DNA from: Gracilinanus agilis
Lineage: Eukaryota
DNA: 64,000 nucleotides
NCBI RefSeq assembly: GCF_016433145.1
Contig: NC_058134.1
Location: forward strand, 183,257,094 to 183,321,093
Direction: 5' to 3'
Shown here: piece after piece, positions 53,600-64,000 of the stretch
How the letters are laid out: the number at the start of each line of letters is the position of its first letter
How positions within the stretch are numbered: position 1 is the stretch's first letter
Position numbers and translations under genes: made by a program
Notes under the pieces: model-generated
Told to the model about the DNA's origin: nothing
The model's input: only the letters and a program-made list of their open reading frames with translations
Databases searched by the model: none

Positions 53600-53781
53600 G
53601 GGGGCAGCTGGGTGGCTCAGTAGATTAAGAGACAGGAAGTCCTCAGTTCAAATCTGGTCTCAGACACTTGTTAGTTGTGTGACCCTGGACAAGTCACTTA
53701 ACCCCCATTGCCTAGCCCTTACCACTCTTCTGCCTTGAAACCAATGCACAGTAGTGTAAGACGGAAGGTAAGGGTTTAAAA
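53600..53781 (+). mobile_element. SINE1_Mdo-like SINE between the KRAS and ETFRF1 3' ends
   Basis: TSD AAAAATTATAAAATA (53585-53599) / AAAAATTATAGAATA (53782-53796). Confidence 0.9.
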
Positions 53782-54304
53782 AAAAATTATAGAATAAATG
53801 AAATGTTGAGTTGGGTGAATGAAAATCTAGAACTTAATACTTTAGTAAATTCATTTGCAATGAAAGATGCTATCCTTTGTGACAGAATCAATGAATACAA
53901 AACAAAAATGTACTAAGACATTCATCACTTAAAACAATTCCATCCAAAAGTATTTAGGTATTTACATTTTCATTCAAACTTTTCAGTGTTAATGATGGAA
54001 GTTTAAAGTTTCTATTTGGTAAACTGAGCAATGAATTTTTTGCCAAATCAGTGTTTTGACAGGTGCTTTAATTAAAAAAAAAAACAAGGACACAAATCTT
54101 GGCTGGGGAAACGTTGAGTACTGATTTATAGACATAGTTTCAAAATAAATTTTAAAGTTGAGGAAGGCAGTTCAGGTATTCTGAGCATTTTTATATACAT
54201 CCTATATATGTTATGATGCAATACTTGGCTTCCATCTAAAGATATGCCACCAATTATTGCTCAGACAACCTAATCAGTAACCTTACATTTGCAACAATAA
54301 TAAT

Positions 54305-54523
54305 TCACTTAGTTTCGTTGTCTTGGTAGTAACGTTGCTTCATAGCTCTGTATTTTCTAAGGAAGTACAAGGCTTCTAGTTCTTTTATTACAAATTCTCC
54401 TCGTAAAATAAGTTCTTTGATCTTCTCTGGGTCCTTCACATCTTTGTTTTTAAGGAATGCTGCCTTCAAACGTCTTTTAAAGTAGTCTGCTCCTTTTGGA
54501 TATTCTCTTCCAACATGCAGCAG
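54305..54523 (-). CDS. ETFRF1: ETFRF1 (LYRM5) last coding exon, [72 protein letters not shown]
   Basis: Minus-strand acceptor tttttaag|CTG; TGA at 54307-54305; recognisable LYR-family protein. Confidence 0.97.
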   Translation of the reverse strand: MLHVGREYPKGADYFKRRLKAAFLKNKDVKDPEKIKELILRGEFVIKELEALYFLRKYRAMKQRYYQDNETK

Positions 54524-54604
54524 CTTAAAAACAAACATTTTATAATCCTAAATAATTTGCAGCATATAGCATTAAGATGATTAGAATCAGTAATAGATAC
54601 TTAC

Positions 54605-54655
54605 ATTTTTATAAAGAGTCAAAACTTCTCCTCTTAATGAGCTGGCCATTTTCAT
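54605..54655 (-). CDS. ETFRF1: ETFRF1 first coding exon, MKMASSLRGEVLTLYKN (LYK motif)
   Basis: ATG at 54655; donor AAT|gtaagt; an 81-nt intron (54524-54604) joins in frame to give 89 aa. The exon probably starts at 54700 (ttttccag|GTAT). Confidence 0.96.
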
Positions 54656-55999
54656 TTGTCACTGAAAATATCCACTGTCTTTATACATAAATACATATAC
54701 CTGGAAAATGGATATTTTATAAATACATATTTTAACCTAATAAAAAATTTAGAGCACTTCTCTACAAAGGAAGATTGTGGGTTACATTCTGAAAAATTAA
54801 ACATGAAACACCAGATTTGCATTTGGGCTTATTAAGATTTAGAAAGGATAACAACCTTAGCATTTATCTATTTCTACTTCCACATATTAATGAGGAAACT
54901 AGGCCAAGAAAAAAATTTGCCCTTAAACTTGTATAGGCAGAAGGGGAAAGACTTAGAAGAACATCTTTTGAGAAGCTATCTGTAAATGTTATAATTTGAC
55001 CCATACATGCCATTTCAATTCAAGATATCAGATCTCTCCCATATAGTATATATGCATAACCCTAATAAATTTTGCTTGAATACTTTTAGTTCAACACTTG
55101 CTTGGAAGATTTTTGTTTTGCGACTACTTCCCCCCCCATATATGCCTCCCTTGAAGTGATCAGCCATCCTTTTTCTGTTCCTTTATCTAAAGTTCGTTCC
55201 CATCCCTAGGTCTTGTGACTTTCAAATGAATCAATCAACAAGCAAGTATTAAGCCTCTACTGCTATGTGCAAATGCCTAGGAATACAAATATAGTAGAAT
55301 GAAATAGTCCCTATTATGTAACAAAAATCCATTTTTAACTGTGAATAGCTTTCTTGAAAAAAAATTTGAAAAGAAGTTATACTTTTTACCACCCTGAAAA
55401 CAACAGAAATAGCTTTAGAGCAGTTAACTTGAAATCCATGAAAATTTTTGAAAAAAATATTTTTAATAAATTTATCAAGTTTCTTTTATTAACCCTATGT
55501 ATCTTATACATTAAAAATATTATTCTGAGGAGTCCATCATACCCTAAAAAAGAGGAGGAGGTGCATAGTTCTGTGTGTTTTATTTGGTCTGGAACTTCAG
55601 TTTCATCAATGTATAAAACACAACCTTTGTGGAGATTTCCTTCCCCTGAATTAGTTAAATCCTATTTCTATAGCCTTAAAGAGCTTCTTGGGACACTGGA
55701 AGATTAAACAGTTTATAGTCACAGAGGTAGTATGATGTGAGAGGTAAGCATTAAACCCAGGTTTTTCTGTCTCTAAGCCCAGCCCTACTATCCACTTTGC
55801 TGTACTTCCTCTCAGTTGTATTTTTTTTAATACTTATAAACAGAATGCAGTCTGTTCCATGCTAAACTTATAATGTCAAATTAAGTGTCATCCCTACAAG
55901 TATTAAATGTCAAAGGTAAGATTTAAACCCAGGTCGTCTGACTTCAGAGCTGGCATTTTTTTCTATACTATGCTGAGCCTTTAAATATTTCAATGCTAA

Positions 56000-57950
56000 A
56001 AAATGAAAGCTTTGCCCCTCATTTAAAAACTTTTGAGTTCTATGCAGATAAGTTGACACCTTTGCTTTTCATAAAACACTCATTTTCAACCTATCAGTTA
56101 CATATTTGGCATCTGTTCTCTTCTTTCCACTCTAATCACATTTTTTTTTTGCATATCCTAATCAGCTATTTCCACACCCTCTGTTTATGTATACTCCTTC
56201 TGACTTCTCTACTACTAATAAAAAAATTTTAAGAATTACAAATATTTTCTTTCCATGTAGGAATACACACAGTTTGATGTTATTGAGTCCCTTAAATTTT
56301 CTTATTTACCTTTTTACGCTTCACTTGGGTCTTATATTTGGACTTCATTTTTTTTTGTTTGAATCTGATCTTTTCATAAGGAAAGCTTGGAAATGTTCTA
56401 TTTTATTGAATGACCATTTTCCCCCCTGAAAGAATATATTAGTTTTGTTGGGTAGGTGATCCTGGGTTGTAAGCGTAGATATTTTGTCTTCTGGGATATC
56501 ATATTCCACACCTTCTGATTCTTTAATGTGGGGGCTGTTAAATCCTATGTAATCCTGATTGAAGCTCCATTGTATATGAATTGTTTCTTTTTGGTTGTTT
56601 GTAGTATTTTTTCCTTGACGTGGGGGCTCTTATTATATTCCTGGTAGTTGTCATTTGGGGATTTCTTTCTGGAGGTTATTTGGGGATTCTTTTAATTTTT
56701 ATTTTACTCTTGTTCAAGAATATCAGGGTGGTTGTCTTTGATAATTTTTTGTATTATGATGAACAGGCTTTTTTTTAAAATCATGACTTTCAGGTAGTCC
56801 CATAATTCTTAAATTGTCTCTCCTGGATCTATTTTCCAGGTCAGTTATTTTTTCAATGAGATAGTTCATGTTTTCTTCTTTTTTTCTGTTCTTTTGATTT
56901 TGTTTTATTGTTTCTTGATGTCTTATAAAGTCATTAGCTTCTAGTTGCCCAATTCTGATTTTTATAGAATGATTTTTCTTCTGTGAGCTTTTGAGCCTCC
57001 TTTTTCATTTGACCTATTCTTGCAGTACTTTCATTTCTCTTTCCCATTTTCCCTCTGCCGCTTTGCTGACTTTTGAAATTCTTTTTGAGCTCTTTTAGAA
57101 TGAGTCGAATTAATATTTTAATTTGAAGTTTTGTGTGTGTTTGCTTTGCTTTCACCGTCTCCTTCTGTGTCTATGCTTTGCTCTGTTTCCATAAGAATTT
57201 TCAATGGCTTTTTTGATGTTTGCTCATTTTCCCAGCTTTTTTCTTGACTTTCACTTTTATTTTAAAAGTAGGCTCTGTTCTCAGGGAGGATAGGGCACTC
57301 TCTTAAATTTCAGTTCTTCCTTAATGCTATCTAAGCTTAGGCTTATTTCTGGGTTTCTGCAATTTCCAGTTCTTCTGATGGCCTGTGGGCTGGGAGCTCT
57401 GAGAGCCACCTCCCACTGCTGATTCAATCACTCCCCGAGACTGCTGATAGCTCAAAGTTTAGGTAGGGTCTAGATTAGTGATTCCCAAACTTTTTTGGCC
57501 TACCACCCCCTTTCCAGAAAAAAATATTACTTGGCTCCCTGGAAATTAATTTTTAAAAAATTTTAATAGCAATTAATAGGAAAGATAAATGCACCTGTGG
57601 CCATCACTGCCCCCGTGGATCGCTGCAGCACCCATGAGGGGGGCGGTAGCGCCCACTTTGGGAATCACTGGTCTAGATGTTGGCTTGGGCCCAGGTTCAG
57701 AACATGAAACAGTAGATGGGGGAGGAGGGCACTTGCTGTTGGCTTGCTCTTTACTCTTGTAGGCTCCTAATGGATGTGCTCCCCTCTCATCCCAGTGACC
57801 CAGACACTCTCTGCATGAAAGTTGCTTCACTCCATTTCCTTCTTTTTTTTCACTCTTGTATTCATCTTGTGGCATTATTTTAAGATTGGTTGGAAAGGAT
57901 TCACATGGTGGTTTCAAGCTTCCCTGCTTCTATTCCACCATCTTGTGACT
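56000..57950 (-). mobile_element. Degraded L1 5' UTR-ORF1 fragment in ETFRF1 intron 1
   Basis: Minus-strand translation HVKEKILQTTKKKQFIYNGASIRIT*DLTAPTLK (~56620-56525) resembles L1 ORF1p. A coiled-coil-like ORF lies at 56934-57155. Confidence 0.82.
57476..57670. mobile_element. Young 195-bp hAT MITE inserted in the L1
   Basis: TIRs TAGTGATTCCCAAAC / CTTTGGGAATCACTG; perfect 8-bp TSD GTCTAGAT at 57468-57475 and 57671-57678. Confidence 0.93.
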
Positions 57951-60363
57951 CCACCTCCTGGAAACCTATAATTACTTCTTGTCTGGACTCTTATAATAGC
58001 CTCCTATGGTCTTTATGCTTCTAAACTATACCCTGTCTAATCCTTCCTCCACATAGCTACAAAAATCATCTTTCTAAGGCTTAGGGAAAACTTGGTGGCT
58101 CCCAGTTATCCTATGATAAAAATAAAAATACTTCAGCATTATTTTAGTGTTCCCCACTATCTGGTTCTAGCCCACTATTCTAGACTTATTACTTCTATGT
58201 TCCAGCAAAACCAGAACTCAGATGCCATCTCCAGTTTACAAAATGCACAAAAATACATTCTCCATAAATCCTTATTATAACTACTATTACTAATGGCTAA
58301 CATATAGTATCTACTACTTGCCAAGCACTGTGCTAAGTACTTGACAAATACCTCATTTGGTCCTCAAAGCAGACTTGCAAGTAGGTGGTGGAGTTGCTAT
58401 TCAGTCATTGTAGTTTTTTTTATGTCAAAGACAGAGTAGTTTGCCTTTTCCTTCAGCTCATTTTACAGATGAGGAAACTTGAGACAAACAGTTAAGTGAC
58501 TTGCCCAGGGTCACATAGTTAGTGTCTGTGGGCAGATTTGAACTTAGGAAAATGAGTCTTCTGATTCCTAGTTCAGTACTATACCCAGAGTCACCTCATT
58601 GCCCAAAATGTTATCAGCCCTTCATTTTACATGTGAAGAAAAATACAAAGATTAAGCAACTTTCCTAGGATCATACAGCTGAGTGTCTGAGGCGGGATTT
58701 GAACTCGGGTCTTCTTCACTATAGGCTTAAGTAGATCATCCACTGTGCCACCTAGCTACCTTCTTTGGCCACTCAGGTACCACTTCCTGGTAAAACTCTC
58801 AGTGACACCCTTAGTTCTTACTACTTTTTCCTGTCCCTAATTACCTTCTATTTTATTTATCTGTAATCTCCCCCACTACACAGATAATTAAGTTCTTTGA
58901 GGGCAAAGCCTACTTTCCGTCTTTATCTGCAGTACCCAAAATATGCACCTTACTGATACTGTTTATTGAATTACCCTGAATCATCACATTGGATTAATCA
59001 GTGAAACCTGTTTAATGGATTAAGAATGAAGGAGTCAGAAATCACTAAGGTCTAGATTTCTTGTTGGGTTGGACATAGAACAGATTTCTGGAATTTCTAT
59101 GGATGGTGAATTCAAGTTGCTATGTGATACAAACTAAATAACAATTTTTCTGTACCTCACTTTCTTCCACAAGATCATACCGTTAAGCTACATTATTTCA
59201 ATTGCCACTATCAATTCTAAAAAAAAATCTAGATGCTGAGGTTCTTTATTTGCTATGTTTTAGCAAATGGGCATTTAGTTAAGAGGTCAATTCCAGTCTC
59301 CCAAACTACCTCCGTTACTTCAGTAACAACATTTAATATGGCTAGTTATCTTTTTTTCATTCACATTTTTTATACTGTATTTCAAACTATAATTTGGAGT
59401 CCTAATGTCTTCAGTATCTTCAAAAGGCTAACAAATAGCCCTTTGCTTTAAGTGACATTAGGGGAAAATAAGTTTTTCCCCAACTGCTAATACTGCGTAA
59501 GACTTTTCAGTCAATATTGTATAATCTGAATAATTTCTAATATATTTGGTCTAAGAAAGCATTTTGTTTTCTGTCTCAGTTCTTAATACAGGAAAAATGC
59601 ATACTTCACTCAGGATCAACTTTTAAACAATTTTCTATCTGTCCGCATGTATGTGGTACAAATAAAGATCTACTCTGGATAATAAGTAATTCCACAAAAG
59701 AATCTACATTCATAGGCTTTAAGTGCTGGAAGGAGCCTTCAATCTAGTCCTCGGATTTTGTTTAGGTGTTTGAGTAAAGGATGGAATCCCTTCTCAGTCA
59801 ACCAACATTTGTTAATTATTATGGTGACAGCCACCATGCTGAATAGCAGAATGCATTCCAGATGCGTTCAATAAAAACGGATACAGAGGGAACCAGTTAT
59901 ACTGAAAAACAGTTGTTAAATTTACCGATCCCTGGTAAATATCTGAACTAGTCCACCGCGCCCTATTATTTTACAGAATAGATTACTGAGGCCTAGGAAG
60001 GTCAAAGGAACTTGCTAGGAAGCAGCAGCGCTAGGATTCTAATTTGGACACGCGGTTTTTTCCAATCTCCCAAATCTCCCTTTTTACAATAACTGCCATA
60101 GAACGGGGAGAGTTGGGTCTACCACCCACTTAAGCAGTAGCAGGAGAAAACCTTAGAATGGGAAATACTTCCTCCCCCCCCTCCTCCTCCCGAACCCTGC
60201 CTCCAGCCTCGGCCCACTTGAGAAAACCGAAAACCGCGGAGGGAACGAGGCCACTCCCAGGGGAAAGAGAAAAGGAGAAGAGAACTTCCCGCCCGCTCGG
60301 TGGGTTCCCATCATCCCGTCCCCCTCCTAGACACAGACCAGCCAACAGCCCAAAACACTTCAC

Positions 60364-60450
60364 CTTCTGCCGCAAACACCAACGCTTTCCGGCAGCACCA
60401 CCTGCGGAGGCCGTAAAACTCAAGTCGTCCAGTGGACGCCCCTCCCCTGA
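60364..60450 (-). other. ETFRF1: Probable ETFRF1 non-coding exon 1
   Basis: Lies in the CpG island facing away from DNAI7. Candidate donor GCAGAAG|gtgaagt at 60364/60363. The 5' end cannot be determined. Confidence 0.5.
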
Positions 60451-60677
60451 GAACGAATGGGAAGGTCAGAGGGAGGGGGCGGAGTCGCGAGGGGATAGGC
60501 GGGGCAGGACAAGGTGCGAAGAGCGGTTGCGCGGCGAATCGCGGGCAAGTTGCCTGGCGCGCGCACTGGACTCGAGGAGCCGCGGGAACGCGGTTTCCAC
60601 CACCAGGTGGGAAAGGGGCGGGACCCAGAAGATTTCAGTGCGGCTGCGCAAGAGTTGGCGCCGCCGATAGGAGTCTG

Positions 60678-60691
60678 GTAGTCCTGGCAAC
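60678..60691 (+). promoter_or_regulatory. RFX X-box GTAGTCCTGGCAAC
   Basis: Fits GTNRCC-N(0-3)-RGYAAC with one mismatch, 72 nt upstream of the ATG of a motile-cilia gene. Confidence 0.7.
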
Positions 60692-60762
60692 CGAAGGGGC
60701 CATTAGTCTATAGTGTTCGAACTCCCGCATCTGGCTCTGACTGAAGTGATAAAGCTGCAATC

Positions 60763-60765
60763 ATG
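60763..60765 (+). CDS. DNAI7: DNAI7 (CASC1/CFAP94) exon 1 coding part: ATG only
   Basis: gcaatcATG|gtgagc with a strong donor, good Kozak context after splicing, and the syntenic position. Confidence 0.8.
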
Positions 60766-61399
60766 GTGAGCTCCGGAGATACGAATAAAGAACAGATTGC
60801 GGGGGTGGAGAATGGAGGTTAATAAGCTTTGTCTCCTTACTAAGTTCTAAGTGAATGGGTGGGTTAGATCTATAGATAGAGGTAGCTAGATGCTGGATCT
60901 ATGGATTATATATGTATAATATAAAGTGTCCCGAAAGTCTTAGTGCAGTTTTATGCCTTAAAACTTTAAAATGCAACCAAACGCGAGACTCAGTGTACAA
61001 CGGGATGTATGTAGAGATGGGTGCTGAAGCTCAAAAGTGTAGCAGATGGTATAGCCTTCCACGTTCTCTTGATCCTTTGCAGTTAGGAATTCAAGAACTC
61101 GGAATTTTTCAGCAGCTCCTTGTGGAGCCAAGTAAAACAAGTGTTTGCCGAATAAACGAACAAACGAATGAATGTACATGGGACACGTGTGATGTTTCAC
61201 TTTGCTTTAAAATAAGACAAGACTTAAAAAAAAATTGTCCCAAGCTAGCAACATTTGACAATTGGTAATAAATTTTCTCATTAAATGCCTTTAGGATACA
61301 CACCATGTACATTTTATGGCATTTCTATACATTAAAAATTGATAAAATGTGTTGCAAACCTCAAAGAATTATATAAATGCTAGCTATTGTTCATATTAT

Positions 61400-61650
61400 G
61401 GGCAGCTAGGAGGCATCGTGTATAGAGTGCCGGGCTTAGAGTCAAGACGACTCAATTTCCTGAGTTCAAATCTGCCCACAGACACTTACTAGCTTGTGTG
61501 ACCCTGGGCAAGTCATTTAACTCAGTTTGTCTCAGGTTTCCTGGTCTGTAAAACAAGCTGGAGAAGGAAATGGTAAACCACTCCAGGATCTTTGCTAAGA
61601 AGAGTGCAAATGCAAATGGAGTCACAAATTGCCAAATAAGACTGAATAAC
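61400..61650 (+). mobile_element. Mar1-type SINE in DNAI7 intron 1
   Basis: gggcagctaggaggcatcgtgtatagagtg...gaaggaaatggtaaaccactccagg. Confidence 0.85.
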
Positions 61651-61849
61651 ATATTCATGTTGTCCTTTCATATAAGTAAATAAAATTTATTCTGAGTTCT
61701 TGGAGGAATAAATATGCTGTTAGAGTACTTAGTGTACATCTGCTTGTGTTACATCTCAATTTCTGTGGGAATCTGCTTGTGTTTTGGGATTTTTTTTTTT
61801 TGGTGTAAATACTTACTAACTATAATCTTTTGTTTCCCCCAAATTCTAG

Positions 61850-61864
61850 GGTCCAAAAAAAAAG
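61850..61864 (+). CDS. DNAI7: DNAI7 exon 2, 15-nt microexon GPKKK
   Basis: ttctag|GGTCCAAAAAAAAAG|gtaggt with branch point TACTAAC at 61814-61820. Spliced product M-GPKKK matches the human DNAI7 start MGPKAKK (recalled). Confidence 0.8.
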
Positions 61865-63374
61865 GTAGGTTAAAATGATTACTTTCTCAAATTAGATAAC
61901 TAACTGCATAAAGATATTTTCTCATCACAGTTCATTTATTGTTCATCTTTATTGAACTTTAAATGCTCCTTACAATTTATGTAATAAAAACTTAAGACCA
62001 TTAACAAATAGTATGTAGTTGTTTGAATGGCATTCAAGACCTTTTTTTAAAATCCTCAAAACTGCTAAGATTGAGAATTAAGACATGTTATTTTTGTTTT
62101 ACATAGAATAGATAGTTAAGATAAATTATCTTCATTCCAGGATGACAGCATACGATGCTTATTATTTCCATACTTAAATTTTAAATGGGTCAGCTTAAGT
62201 AATATATATCTGATTTGTTATACTGTGAAGTAATCTGGTATTCTCTGGTAAAAAACTGAAGCCATTTGTGTGTGATTGATGTATCCAGGGTATTTGCTTT
62301 TAATGAATGAGCTTGAACTATTTAAATCTTACAGAATTTTTTTTTCTCTGCTATGAAGAAGGAATTTTATTTTCTCCATTTCAAAATCATTCTGGACATA
62401 TTTATAAAAAAACTGATTCATGTCACCTGGCAAGCTGAAAATTCACTTGTAAATTTAAAATAATATTCATGTTTTATGACTTCTCTTTTTGCTTAAGTTT
62501 TAATATAATTTTATCAGAAATTTAGAGTGGTAATTCCCTCCACTGATGCAGATCTACAACCTAATTTGTAGACTTCAAGAATTACTTGATGTCTCTAAAA
62601 GTTAAATAATTAACCCATAGTGACATAACTAAGTGTCAGAGATCTTGACTCCAAAGCTGGTTCTTCTTCCAGTCAACCATTATCCTAGGATTGAGAGGAT
62701 AATTTCTGCGGTTTGAAAGGTAATCAACTGCACATTCCCCCATATTTGGAAGCAAATACAACTTAAATGGATTATGTAGAAGGAAATATTGTTATCATGA
62801 CAGTAAAAAAAAGTGAAAGCAGAGCACAAAGTATAACTACCTATTAGACATATGGGTACCACAATGATGGAGAGAAGTGCTAAAACACAATTATTTCTGA
62901 ATGTTCCTTCCTGGCTATGTGATGAATCTTTTGAGCTACTGAGCTTTGCAGACATTTAGCATACTAGAACAGCCTTATTCAAAGGTAGCTGTTTTCTGGA
63001 GCAGGGGCCAATTTCTCAGAATTAACATAAGGATGATATGAATTACACTGAGAGGAAGATTTTTTCACAGGGTGGGTGGCAATATCAATAAAGTGCTAAT
63101 ATCCTGAGAAGGATCTTTGAAGAAGCTACCATTTTTCTTAGTGAAGAGGCAAAGGCTTCACTGATAAAGGTTCTCATAAAAGGGGTGGGAAGCAAAAATT
63201 TCAAAACCTTGAATTTGTAATAGGTCAGCTAAGAAGTTACAAGCAATTATGATCTACATCAAAAAAACAGTAATGTTCAAGAATAAGGATTATAGCATAC
63301 AACACTTTAAAAATGTAGTTTTTAGAGAATTGACCTTAGTTGGGGTAGCATTTCCTGTATTAATATGTTTTTGT

Positions 63375-63610
63375 TTGTTGTTCATTGTTTACAACTCTTT
63401 GTGATCCCATTTTGGGGTTTTCTTGGCAAAAATACTGGAATGGTTTGCCATTTCCTTATTTATTTATTTTTTTTTTATAGATGAAGAAACTGAGGCAAAT
63501 AAGGTTAAGGCACTTGCCCAGGATCATATAGCTAATCTAAGGCCATATCTCAGTTCAGGAAAATGAGTCCTCCTGGCACTCTATCCACTGTTTTTCCTAG
63601 CTGCCCCATT
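63375..63610 (-). mobile_element. Mar1-type SINE
   Basis: ccattttggggttttcttggcaaaaatactgg...gaaactgaggcaaat. Confidence 0.82.
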
Positions 63611-63724
63611 TTAGTGTAAAAGCAGTAATAAATGGATCCAATCCTATGCTTGATGGGGTTATCCTTTGCTTGTATCATTCTGCCTTTAAGCAGAAATTTA
63701 TAAATCAATTGCACTTTGAATATA

Positions 63725-63980
63725 AGACAACTTCTTGGTATAGTGGATAGAGTGACAGGCCTGGAGTCAGGAAGACTCATCTTCCACAGTTTAAATCTAC
63801 CATCATACACTAGCTATATGGCCCTAGACAAGTCACTTTACCCTGTTTGCCTCAGTTTCCTCATCTGTAGATTAAGCTGGAAAAAGGAAATGGCAAACCA
63901 TTCCAGGATCTTTGACAAAGAAACTTCAAGTAGGGTCATAAAGAGGCAAACACAACTGAAAAACAATTAAATAACAACAG
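63725..63980 (+). mobile_element. Mar1-type SINE
   Basis: ggtatagtggatagagtg...gaaaaaggaaatggcaaacca...caactgaaaaacaa. Confidence 0.82.
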
Positions 63981-64000
63981 GTACTTTGAATTATGAGGTG

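Larger units (their letters stand above)
60200..60790. promoter_or_regulatory. Bidirectional CpG-island promoter shared by ETFRF1 and DNAI7
   Basis: CpG-rich; GC box near 60477-60482; ETS core TTCCGG at 60387-60392; X-box at 60678-60691; head-to-head gene arrangement as in human. Confidence 0.88.

Noticed and set aside
54524-54538. ORF-track start MFVFK for ETFRF1
   Set aside because: These codons are intronic. The real N-terminus comes from 54655-54605 via a canonical 81-nt intron.
60556-60566. NRF1 site (GCGCGCGCAC) for the mitochondrial gene
   Set aside because: Only a partial match to GCGCATGCGC, and such runs are common in CpG islands.
60130-60713. Several overlapping ORFs (up to 170 aa) in the second CpG island
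   Set aside because: Same CpG-island artefact; no recognisable homology.

Overview
Repeat-rich marsupial genomic DNA, probably a didelphid opossum such as Monodelphis domestica (inferred from Mar1- and SINE1_Mdo-like SINEs). It holds the complete KRAS gene on +: CpG-island promoter and non-coding exon 1 (~10640-10840), coding exons 15399-15509, 26551-(~26729, mostly hidden by a 173-N run) and 32657-32816, alternative exons 4A (45885-46008) and 4B (from 49413), and a ~3.1 kb 3' UTR ending near 52630. Next come the convergent ETFRF1/LYRM5 gene on - (89 aa) and the first two tiny coding exons of DNAI7/CASC1 on +, which shares a bidirectional CpG-island promoter with ETFRF1. This matches human gene order. 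The rest is CORE-SINEs, L1/L2/CR1 fragments, hAT MITEs and simple repeats. I found no convincing new biological system. Best leads: (i) a 50-bp near-perfect inverted repeat enclosing a copied segment just upstream of KRAS exon 3; (ii) AATAAA plus a Pumilio element over the KRAS4B stop codon; (iii) two uORFs before the ETFRF1 start that an alternative acceptor would skip; (iv) a sense-strand G4 in the KRAS promoter; (v) a 15-nt DNAI7 microexon with a perfect TACTAAC branch point. Repeat family names and human comparisons come from recall, not database searches.
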